Assembly (NCBI GenBank): GCA_046754465.1
Contig: JBHHVU010000015.1
Span: 1-59,688 of the forward strand
Direction of reading: 5' to 3'
DNA from: Nitrospinaceae bacterium
GTDB taxonomy: Bacteria; Nitrospinota; Nitrospinia; Nitrospinales; VA-1
Length of the DNA stretch: 59,688 bases
Each line of letters starts with the position of its first letter. Position 1 is the stretch's first letter. Positions 18,720 through 26,635 of the stretch are shown here, in pieces. The notes under the pieces are model-generated. The model was not told where the DNA came from and searched no databases. It worked only from the letters and a program-made list of their open reading frames with translations. The position numbers and the translations under genes are program-made.

Positions 18720-19736
18720 ATGTCAGTAAGAATTGCCATTAATGGATTTGGGCGAATTGGCAGAAACGTTCTCCGTTCCATTCTTCAGGACAAGGAAAGC
18801 CGGGATTTTGACGTTATTGCCATAAACGACCTGACGGATGCGGGAACCCTGGCTCATTTGTTCAAATACGATTCTGTCCAGGGATTGAATCCGGCCCGGG
18901 TGGAGGCACGGGATAACCATCTCATTGTCGATGACCGGGAGATCAAAATTTTGACTGAACGCGACCCCGGCCAGCTTCCCTGGAAGGAATTGGGAGTATC
19001 CATCGTCATAGAATCCACCGGGCTTTTTACCAAGCGGGATAAGGCAGGGAGACATCTCCAGGCTGGCGCTAAAAAAGTCATCATTTCCGCCCCGTCGGCG
19101 GACCCGGATGTGACCATCGTGCTGGGAGTAAATGAAGGCGTTTACCAGCCCGGCAAGCATCAAATCCTTTCCAACGCCTCGTGCACCACCAATTGTCTCG
19201 CCCCGGTCGCCAAGGTTCTCAATCATAGGCTGGGAATTCAAAGGGGATTGATGACGACCATCCACTCCTACACCAATGATCAGCGCATTTTGGATTTGCC
19301 CCATAAAGATCTCCGGCGGGCCCGGGCGGCCTCGTTATCCATGATCCCGACCACCACCGGCGCGGCGCGGGCGGTTTCCCTGGTCCTTCCGGAACTCAAG
19401 GGCAAACTGGACGGAATGGCGATCCGGGTTCCCACGCCCAACGTTTCGCTGGTGGATTTGGTGGTAGAGGTGGAAAAAGAGACAACCGTGGAGGAGGTGA
19501 ACGGTTTTTTCAAACAAGCGGGAGAGAATGAGTTGAAGAATATCCTCCGGCTGGAAGAAAACCCTCTGGTGTCGGTCGATTTCAACGGCGATGACACTTC
19601 TTCCATTGTGGATGGGCCCTCAACTAAAGTGATTGAAAATAAAATGGTTAAGGTGCTTTCATGGTATGATAACGAGTGGGGTTATTCCTCCAGGGTAAAG
19701 GATTTGTTGAAATTTTTAGTGAACCATGGGCTTTAA
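18720..19736 (+). CDS. gap: glyceraldehyde-3-phosphate dehydrogenase type I
   Basis: [36 protein letters not shown]. Confidence 0.98.
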   Translation: MSVRIAINGFGRIGRNVLRSILQDKESRDFDVIAINDLTDAGTLAHLFKYDSVQGLNPARVEARDNHLIVDDREIKILTERDPGQLPWKELGVSIVIESTGLFTKRDKAGRHLQAGAKKVIISAPSADPDVTIVLGVNEGVYQPGKHQILSNASCTTNCLAPVAKVLNHRLGIQRGLMTTIHSYTNDQRILDLPHKDLRRARAASLSMIPTTTGAARAVSLVLPELKGKLDGMAIRVPTPNVSLVDLVVEVEKETTVEEVNGFFKQAGENELKNILRLEENPLVSVDFNGDDTSSIVDGPSTKVIENKMVKVLSWYDNEWGYSSRVKDLLKFLVNHGL

Positions 19737-19742
19737 AATGGT

Positions 19743-20498
19743 ATGAGAAGACCGATCATCGCCGGGAACTGGAAGATGAACCTGGTTCTCGGCGAAGCCA
19801 GGGCTCTGGTCTCCCGATTGCTTCAATGGCGGGATGTTTGCCAGACGGCGGATGTGATAGTGGCTCCGCCCTTTACAGCGCTGCAAACCGTAAAGGAATT
19901 GATTCGGGAAAGCAGAATGCATTTGGCGGCCCAAAACCTTTATTTCGAATCCAAGGGTGCCTATACCGGCGAAATATCCGCGGCCATGCTCAAGGATTTG
20001 GGTTGCCGCTTCGTGATCCTGGGCCATTCCGAGCGGCGAAGGTATTTTCATGAAGATGATGCCTTGATCAATAAAAAGATTAAATCGGCGTTAGCCATGG
20101 GCTTGAACGTGATTTTCTGCATAGGGGAAACCCTGGAACAACGGGAAAACAATCAGACCAGGCAAGTCGTGGAAAACCAGTTGCAACTGGGATTGAATGG
20201 TTTGAATTCCAATGACCTGAAAGGGCTGGTTTTGGCTTATGAGCCGGTGTGGGCCATTGGCACCGGCAAAACCGCCACCCCCCGGCAAGCCCAGGAAATT
20301 CACCAATTCAGCCGGGAATTCATTGGCCGGACCTTTGGCGGGCCGGCCGCGGAAAACATAAGAATCCAGTATGGAGGCAGCGTCACCCCGGAAAATAGTA
20401 AAGATCTTTTAAAACAAGAGGATATTGATGGTGCCTTGGTTGGATCCGCGAGCCTGAACGCGGATTCATTTTATGCTATTATAAAATCGGCGGATTAA
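19743..20498 (+). CDS. tpiA: triosephosphate isomerase
   Basis: AGNWKMN, GHSERR, AYEPVWAIGTG, YGGSV. Confidence 0.98.
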   Translation: MRRPIIAGNWKMNLVLGEARALVSRLLQWRDVCQTADVIVAPPFTALQTVKELIRESRMHLAAQNLYFESKGAYTGEISAAMLKDLGCRFVILGHSERRRYFHEDDALINKKIKSALAMGLNVIFCIGETLEQRENNQTRQVVENQLQLGLNGLNSNDLKGLVLAYEPVWAIGTGKTATPRQAQEIHQFSREFIGRTFGGPAAENIRIQYGGSVTPENSKDLLKQEDIDGALVGSASLNADSFYAIIKSAD

Positions 20499-20525
20499 TT
20501 CCCTAACTGGAGGTCGTGACGGCAA

Positions 20526-20843
20526 ATGCAAACCCTGATAATTGTTCTGCATATTGTGGGTGCTTTGATACTGATCCTAGTCGTATTGTTACAGGCTGGT
20601 AAGGGCGCCGCCATGGGATCTGGTTTGGGTGGAGGCAGCAGCCAGACCATGTTTGGAAGCAGTGGCGCCGGAAATTTCCTGACTAAATTGACTACGGGCG
20701 CTGCCATATTGTTCATGATTACCTCGCTGACCCTGGCCACCCTCTCCAACCAGAAAAAGTCGCGGTCCGTCATGCAAGGGGTGGAACAGCCGGCTGATGA
20801 AACGGCGCCCCCAGCGAAACCTCCCTCAAAGGAGTCGGATTGA
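20526..20843 (+). CDS. secG: preprotein translocase subunit SecG
   Basis: VLLQAGKGAAMG...FG...NFLTKLT; follows tpiA. Confidence 0.95.
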   Translation: MQTLIIVLHIVGALILILVVLLQAGKGAAMGSGLGGGSSQTMFGSSGAGNFLTKLTTGAAILFMITSLTLATLSNQKKSRSVMQGVEQPADETAPPAKPPSKESD

Positions 20844-20859
20844 ATGACCTTTTCCGGAT

Positions 20860-20941
20860 GCCGATGTGGTGGAACTGGTAGACACGTGCGCTTGAGGGGC
20901 GTATGGAGCAATCCGTGGGAGTTCGAATCTCCCCATCGGCA
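20860..20941 (+). tRNA. tRNA-Leu(GAG), CCA not encoded
   Basis: acceptor GCCGATG/CATCGGC plus A; D-loop GGAACTGGTAGAC; anticodon arm TGCGC-TTGAGGG-GCGTA; long variable arm; T-loop GTTCGAATC; usual position after secG. Confidence 0.95.
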
Positions 20942-21064
20942 TTCCTCGCATCGTTTTCAAATTTTTTCTACAGACCCCCGTTCAAGGTTTTTTTCGAACC
21001 GATTAATTCCGGATTTGTTTCTCGCCGGCCATCCCTATTGAGTGATTTTTGACTAGCGTGAGAA

Positions 21065-22117
21065 ATGCTCAGAAGAAATAAAAAAGAAGAAAATACCCAG
21101 GTCAGTGAGAAATCGGCCGCCCAGGAATTCAATGAACGTGTTTCCCGTCTTCTTTTGGTTTGTATTGCGGGATTGTGCAAACTGATTCCAGAACAAGAAT
21201 CCCTGAACACCACATTGAGACAACTGGAGGACGTGGTTAAAAAAGCGATCCGATCCAAACCGGTCACGGGAATCGCCAAGGATATCGAGGACTTTTTTAA
21301 CCAATGGATCCTGGAAAACGAGTTTAGAGGGACAAAAGATGAGGCCATGAAGCAAATAGTGCTCGACCTTTCGAGTGCCATTCAGCAGATGGTGAGCACT
21401 TCCGGCAGTTTTGACCAAAATATGGGAAAATATGTTGAAAAAATCCAGGCGGCCGGGAAAATTGACGATATCCTCAGTCTGAAAGATGGAATTATTAAAG
21501 AAATTCAGCAGGTGCAGGCCACTTCCCAAACCATGCGGAAAGAGCTGGAAGAGTATCGCAGCACCACGCAATCCCTGGCTTCCAAACTGGAACAAACCGA
21601 AGCCAAGGCCTTGGTGGATTCCCTCACCAAGGTTCTCAACCGGAATGCCTACAATATGAAAATCGCGCAAATGATCCGGGAATATCATCGAGCCGGGGGC
21701 AAATCCATTTTAACCCGGAAAACCTTTTGTTTGTTCGTGGTGGACATCGATCATTTTAAAAAATTCAATGACCAATATGGTCATAAAGCCGGCGACCGGG
21801 TCTTGCGGTCCGTTGCCTCCACTATTCAGGAAACCCTTCGGGCCACCGACCTGGTTTTCCGGTATGGGGGAGAAGAGTTTGTCATTCTCCTGGCGCAGTG
21901 CACCCTGGACAACGCCCTGTCACTCGCCAACAAGATCCGGTCCCAAGTGGAGAAAGAATATTTTGTCGACCAGGACAAAAAAATGAAGATTACCATCAGT
22001 GTGGGGGTGGCCGCCGCCCAGGAAAACGATACCGAAGTCACCCTGTTTGAAAGAGCCGATCAGGCCATGTACAGTGCCAAGCGTAAAGGAAGGAACCGGG
22101 TCGAAATCGGGAAATGA
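21065..22117 (+). CDS. diguanylate cyclase (coiled-coil N-terminus plus GGDEF domain)
   Basis: DSLTKVLNR, DIDHFKKFND.YGH..GD, I-site RATD, RYGGEEF, ADQAMY.AK..GRNR. Confidence 0.95.
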   Translation: MLRRNKKEENTQVSEKSAAQEFNERVSRLLLVCIAGLCKLIPEQESLNTTLRQLEDVVKKAIRSKPVTGIAKDIEDFFNQWILENEFRGTKDEAMKQIVLDLSSAIQQMVSTSGSFDQNMGKYVEKIQAAGKIDDILSLKDGIIKEIQQVQATSQTMRKELEEYRSTTQSLASKLEQTEAKALVDSLTKVLNRNAYNMKIAQMIREYHRAGGKSILTRKTFCLFVVDIDHFKKFNDQYGHKAGDRVLRSVASTIQETLRATDLVFRYGGEEFVILLAQCTLDNALSLANKIRSQVEKEYFVDQDKKMKITISVGVAAAQENDTEVTLFERADQAMYSAKRKGRNRVEIGK

Positions 22118-22312
22118 CTCCGGCCGGTAAAGGGAGCCGATGGGCGGTGATTCCGCGAATCCATCCAGTCAGCCTGGGGTCTGGCTTGAGGGGAGGACTC
22201 GCCGGTAAATATTTCCATTGAGAAATTGCGCCCCGATTCAATTTAAAAATCCCTGGACCGGAAAAGATGAACCCAACTCCAATCAAGGCCAGAATTCCTT
22301 TGTCCCCTCCCC

Positions 22313-22675
22313 ATGCAGGCAACGACTTTAGAGGGATTATTCCTTCAGCCCGGCTTTATTTCAATATTTCTCGCCATTCTGGTCACCATAGCCAACATCC
22401 TGATCGGGGTGAGCATCCTTCCCGATGATAAAAGGGAAAAAGGCTACCGTCTGCACCGCAATGTATTTTTTGTGATCCTGGTGTGCTATTTGATGTTCCT
22501 GGTTATTACTCATCAGGATGAGGGCAACCGTGGTTTGAATTATTTCGTGCTCTTCTATATTTCAATCATTATTCCCCTCAGCCGCCGGGCCAATGTTAAG
22601 GCACACGCGATCCTCGCTTCCATCGGGCTGGTTCTCCTGACTTTGGTGGCCACCCTCTATATCGGCGGAGGTTGA
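22313..22675 (+). CDS. hypothetical membrane protein (about 4 TM)
   Basis: four hydrophobic segments; two His (LHRNVF, KAHAIL) next to TM segments. Confidence 0.7.
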   Translation: MQATTLEGLFLQPGFISIFLAILVTIANILIGVSILPDDKREKGYRLHRNVFFVILVCYLMFLVITHQDEGNRGLNYFVLFYISIIIPLSRRANVKAHAILASIGLVLLTLVATLYIGGG

Positions 22676-22821
22676 ACGAACCGTGGGCGGGAAAAACAGG
22701 TCCCGGTTGAAGTTTCCTTTCTTTTACTCCTGCTCATTCCTGTCATCGCGCCACGGGAGATTGCCACACTCCGATCAATTGTGTTCTAATAATACGCGTC
22801 AATTATTGGGTGATCCATTTT

Positions 22822-24198
22822 ATGCAAGAGTTCGACATCGCTGTTCTGGGAGGTGGGATAGCGGGAATTTCGGCGGCAAGAAGAGCCGCGGAACTGGACG
22901 CGAAAGTTTGCCTGATAGAAAAAAAACGCCTGGGAGGAAACTGTTTTCATCAGGGACTTTACCCCTACCAGCGAATCATCCAACAAATCCGGGTCCAGCA
23001 AACCGGTCACCCCGTTGAAGACTCCGGCCCCGATATCAAAAAAATTATCCAGGAAGCCAAGGAAGTTTGCCGGAAAATTTCCGGCCAGTGGCAGGCATCC
23101 TTAACCGAATGCGGCATTCATTTGGAAATGGGTCAGGGATTTCTTGTAAATGCCAAGGAATTGGTGGTCCATACCTCGGAAGGAGAAAAACTCATCCGGG
23201 CTCGTAAAATCATCCTGGCGCCCGGTTCCTCGACGGCCGCTCCTACTACCCTTCCCTTTGATGGGCACAGGATTATTTCCAGCGAGCAAGCCTCTAATAT
23301 GGATGAAATTCCCGAAAAAGTCTTGATTCTGGGCGGCGACAGTTTGGGGTGTGAGACCGCTTGCCTGTTCAACCATTTACGGAGCAGGACTTTTTTGTGT
23401 GATTCCCGGCCCCGGTTGATGATGGACCAGGACCCCGATTTGACCCAGGCGCTGGAAACGCAATTGAAGAAACAAAAATTAAAGCTCCTCCTTAATAAAA
23501 AGGTCCTATCCATCTATAAAAACGAGGATAAAATAGATATCACCCTCGAAGGGGGAATACGGTTCGATGTGAATCAGATCGTCCATGCCGGAGACAGGAA
23601 TCCCAATTCTCAGGAGTTGGGAACTCAGAATCCGGGTTTGGAGTTGGGCAATTATGGGGAAGTTTTAGTGGACGAAATGATGGAAACTACCTTGAAAGGG
23701 GTTTATGCCGTTGGAAGCGTTACCGGCCGTCCGCTATCAGATTGCCTGTCCCAGGAAGAGGGGAGGGTGGCCGCGGAAAACGCGCTGGGTAAAACCAAGA
23801 AACTCAATATCGATTGGGTGCCTCGAATCATTCATACTGATCCCGAAATCGCCAGTGTGGGGTGTTTTGCGCGGGATGCCCACCACAAGGGGTTTCGTGC
23901 GGTGGAAGGGCGCTGCGATTTTAGTCAACTTGATCATGCTTTTTTGCATGGAGAGTCGGAGGGAATGATTAAAATTGTGGCCGAAAAATCCACAAGAAAA
24001 GTAATTGGAGCGCAAATCGTGGCCCCCCGGGCGTCCGAGTTTATCCCATTGATGTTATTGGCTATAAAAAAAGGGTTGACGGTCCATTCCCTGGGGAGGC
24101 TGTCCTGCGGCTTTTCCACCCGGTTCCAGGGCGTTTGGGAAGCGGCCCGCGCTTGTATCCGGGCCATCAAGCAGGAATCCGGAAGACCCGGAAACTGA
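22822..24198 (+). CDS. pyridine nucleotide-disulfide oxidoreductase family flavoprotein (LpdA-like) with degenerate active site
   Basis: GGGIAG FAD motif, T..KGVYAVG, PEIASVG, interface domain; CxxxxC reads CFHQGL and the catalytic HPT..E is absent. Confidence 0.85.
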   Translation: MQEFDIAVLGGGIAGISAARRAAELDAKVCLIEKKRLGGNCFHQGLYPYQRIIQQIRVQQTGHPVEDSGPDIKKIIQEAKEVCRKISGQWQASLTECGIHLEMGQGFLVNAKELVVHTSEGEKLIRARKIILAPGSSTAAPTTLPFDGHRIISSEQASNMDEIPEKVLILGGDSLGCETACLFNHLRSRTFLCDSRPRLMMDQDPDLTQALETQLKKQKLKLLLNKKVLSIYKNEDKIDITLEGGIRFDVNQIVHAGDRNPNSQELGTQNPGLELGNYGEVLVDEMMETTLKGVYAVGSVTGRPLSDCLSQEEGRVAAENALGKTKKLNIDWVPRIIHTDPEIASVGCFARDAHHKGFRAVEGRCDFSQLDHAFLHGESEGMIKIVAEKSTRKVIGAQIVAPRASEFIPLMLLAIKKGLTVHSLGRLSCGFSTRFQGVWEAARACIRAIKQESGRPGN

Positions 24199-24207
24199 AT
24201 AAAGTTC

Positions 24208-24236
24208 TTGTCTTGACTCGATTTTTCAATTATGTT
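24208..24236 (+). promoter_or_regulatory. candidate sigma70 promoter for the Rieske/cytb operon
   Basis: TTGTCT-17 nt-TATGTT, with an overlapping TTGACT at 24213. Confidence 0.35.
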
Positions 24237-24324
24237 AAAAACCAATTTCTTTAAGCGGATTATGAGGGGCGGAGGAGTTCCCACGCCCCTATAATTATTA
24301 ACCGAAGGATGGTTTTGATTAATT

Positions 24325-24885
24325 ATGGCGCAAGCGCAAACAGAAAAAAAAGCGAATCCCGCCAAACCCAAATCCAAGGATAAAAAAGAGGAAGCCAAGG
24401 ATACACTTTGGTCGAGGCGCGACTTTTTTTCATTGGCGGGCTGGGCGGGTTTCATGGCCTCCTTGGGGTTGTCCTCACTTTATTTTTTGCGGCTTCTGTT
24501 CCCCCGGGTTTTGTTTGAGCCCTCTCCCATTTTCCTTGCCGGGCGTCCCGATGATTATACGGTTGGCGAAGTGAGCACTAAGTGGGTCAAATCACAAAGG
24601 GTATGGATCGTCCGGGATGACGAGGGGATTTACGCGATTTTGGCGAAATGCACTCACTTGGGCTGTACTCCACGCTGGTTGAGAACGGAAAGTAAGTACA
24701 AGTGCCCTTGCCACGGAAGCGGCTTTACCAAGGAGGGGATCAATTTCGAAGGTCCTGCTCCCCGGCCCCTGGAGCGGTTGAAGATTTCCCTGGCGCCGGA
24801 TGGCCAGATCCAGATCGATAAGAGCAAGAAATTTCTCTTTGAAAAAGGAGAATGGGGTAAAGCCCTGGCCCGTTTGAGGGCTTGA
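24325..24885 (+). CDS. petC: Rieske iron-sulfur subunit of a Rieske/cytochrome b complex
   Basis: Tat motif SRRDFF plus TM; CTHLGC and CPCHGS; GPAPRPL. Confidence 0.95.
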   Translation: MAQAQTEKKANPAKPKSKDKKEEAKDTLWSRRDFFSLAGWAGFMASLGLSSLYFLRLLFPRVLFEPSPIFLAGRPDDYTVGEVSTKWVKSQRVWIVRDDEGIYAILAKCTHLGCTPRWLRTESKYKCPCHGSGFTKEGINFEGPAPRPLERLKISLAPDGQIQIDKSKKFLFEKGEWGKALARLRA

Positions 24886-24971
24886 GTCTATTTTCACATT
24901 GCCGTTGCAACACGCCAAATACTTCCTTGGTATTTCATAAATCATCTCCTTTATTTATGGAGGGTTAGGGA

Positions 24972-25802
24972 TTGGCTCGTAAAACACCAGAAATTCCCAA
25001 TATCGCTGAATTGATGGATAAGATTAAGAGCGGTCGGATATTCAGCGAAATAGCCAAGGCGTTTACCGAGTCCCAGGTTTGGACTTCCACCTTTCGTCAT
25101 GGATACGCGGATACCCCCAGGAACCGGGTCTTACAGATTGCCAGCAACATCTGGCTGCATTTGCACCCCGTAAAAATTCACCGGCATGCCCTGCGCATCA
25201 AATTCACCTGGTGCATGGGCGGAATCACTTTTCTTCTGTTTTTGTCCACCGTGGTCACCGGGGTTATTTTAATGTTTTATTACCGCCCCGTCGGAGAATA
25301 CGCCTATTTCGACATGAAGTATCTTCAATACGATGTTCCTTTTGGGATGTTGATGCGGAACATGCATCGCTGGGCGGCCCATGCCATGGTGATTACGGTT
25401 TGGCTGCATATGTTCCGAGTATTTTTAACGGGTTCTTATAAACCCCCTCGCGAATTCAACTGGGTTATCGGTGTGTTCCTGGTGACCTTCACCCTGTTGT
25501 TGAGTTTCACCGGGTATCTGTTGCCTTGGGACCAACTCGCCATGTGGGCCGTCACTGTGGGAACCAACATGGCCCGGGCCACCCCGTTCCTGGGACATGA
25601 AGGACCTTTCAAAGAATTCATCGGCGTGACGCCCAGGTATGATGCCCGGTCCGTGTTGCTGGGAGGCAGCCTGGTGGGCCCGCCCGCGCTTCTCCGGTTC
25701 TATGTGTTGCATTGCATTTTTATTCCGCTGGTAGCTGGTGCGCTAATGATCGTCCATTTTTGGCGGATTAGAAAGGACGGCGGAATATCAGGTCCTCTTT
25801 AA
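24972..25802 (+). CDS. petB: cytochrome b6-like N-terminal half of split cytochrome b
   Basis: WCMGG (heme ci Cys position), [31 protein letters not shown]...[14 protein letters not shown] end; TTG start. Confidence 0.95.
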   Translation: MARKTPEIPNIAELMDKIKSGRIFSEIAKAFTESQVWTSTFRHGYADTPRNRVLQIASNIWLHLHPVKIHRHALRIKFTWCMGGITFLLFLSTVVTGVILMFYYRPVGEYAYFDMKYLQYDVPFGMLMRNMHRWAAHAMVITVWLHMFRVFLTGSYKPPREFNWVIGVFLVTFTLLLSFTGYLLPWDQLAMWAVTVGTNMARATPFLGHEGPFKEFIGVTPRYDARSVLLGGSLVGPPALLRFYVLHCIFIPLVAGALMIVHFWRIRKDGGISGPL

Positions 25803-25852
25803 TTTTCCATTTCTCCATTTTGGGAGTTTTTATAAGGGATAAGGGGTGATTT

Positions 25853-26611
25853 ATGGCTCAAGCGTCTACACCTAGAAAAAAAGTTGAGGCGATAGCGGAA
25901 AAGGTCCACGTCTGGCCTTATCTGGTCCGGCTGGAATTTCTTTGCGCGATCGTTGTCATCATTCTTCTTACGGTGTGGTCGATCACCATCGACGCACCTT
26001 TGGAGGAAGCGGCCAACCCCACGAAAACCCCCAATCCGTCGAAAGCTCCCTGGTATTTTCTGGGGTTGCAGGACATCCTGGTTTATTTTGACCCCTGGTT
26101 TGCCGGCGTGGTGGCTCCCACCTTAATTATCGTGGGATTGATGTTAATCCCTTATCTGGACGTGAATCCCAAGGGGAATGGTTATTACACCTACGCGGAA
26201 CGGAAATTCGCCATTTGGGTTTATTGTTTCGGGTTTTTGGTTTTGTGGGTGGCGGAAATCATCATGGGGGTTTTTCTCCGGGGGCCGGGCTGGAACCTTT
26301 TCATGCCGTGGCAATTTTGGGATCCCCATAAGGTGGTGGCCCTGGTCAATGTGGATTTGCCGTATGCCTTTGGAATTCGGTCCTATAATTTGGCCATGTT
26401 ATTCGGGGGCGTCGTCATTATCGGATATTTCGCGGTGGGCACGGCGGTCTATTTTTTCATGGAACGCAAGGCCATCAAGAATGTCGGGTTTCTCAGGATG
26501 TTTCTTAAGGTCCAGCTCCTGCTCATTATGTTTGGCATCGTGATCAAGATTGTTTTAAGGCTTGGCTTTAATATCAAGTATATCTGGGTCACTCCCTGGT
26601 TTAATATTTAG
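25853..26611 (+). CDS. petD: subunit IV-like C-terminal half of split cytochrome b
   Basis: VWPYLV, ANPTKTPNPSKAPWYF (PEWY variant), LIPYLD; extra C-terminal TM segments. Confidence 0.9.
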   Translation: MAQASTPRKKVEAIAEKVHVWPYLVRLEFLCAIVVIILLTVWSITIDAPLEEAANPTKTPNPSKAPWYFLGLQDILVYFDPWFAGVVAPTLIIVGLMLIPYLDVNPKGNGYYTYAERKFAIWVYCFGFLVLWVAEIIMGVFLRGPGWNLFMPWQFWDPHKVVALVNVDLPYAFGIRSYNLAMLFGGVVIIGYFAVGTAVYFFMERKAIKNVGFLRMFLKVQLLLIMFGIVIKIVLRLGFNIKYIWVTPWFNI

Positions 26612-26635
26612 AACCGGTTTCCACCATTCCTAAGG

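Noticed and set aside
20844..21041. 65-aa ORF after secG
   Set aside because: It overlaps tRNA-Leu and is spurious.
20860..22675. Genomic island integrated at tRNA-Leu
   Set aside because: No integrase, no duplicated tRNA 3' end noticed and no obvious compositional shift.
22822..24198. Canonical lpdA call or pseudogene call
   Set aside because: Catalytic Cys and His-Glu are missing, so it is not canonical; the ORF is intact and full length, so there is no direct evidence of pseudogenisation.
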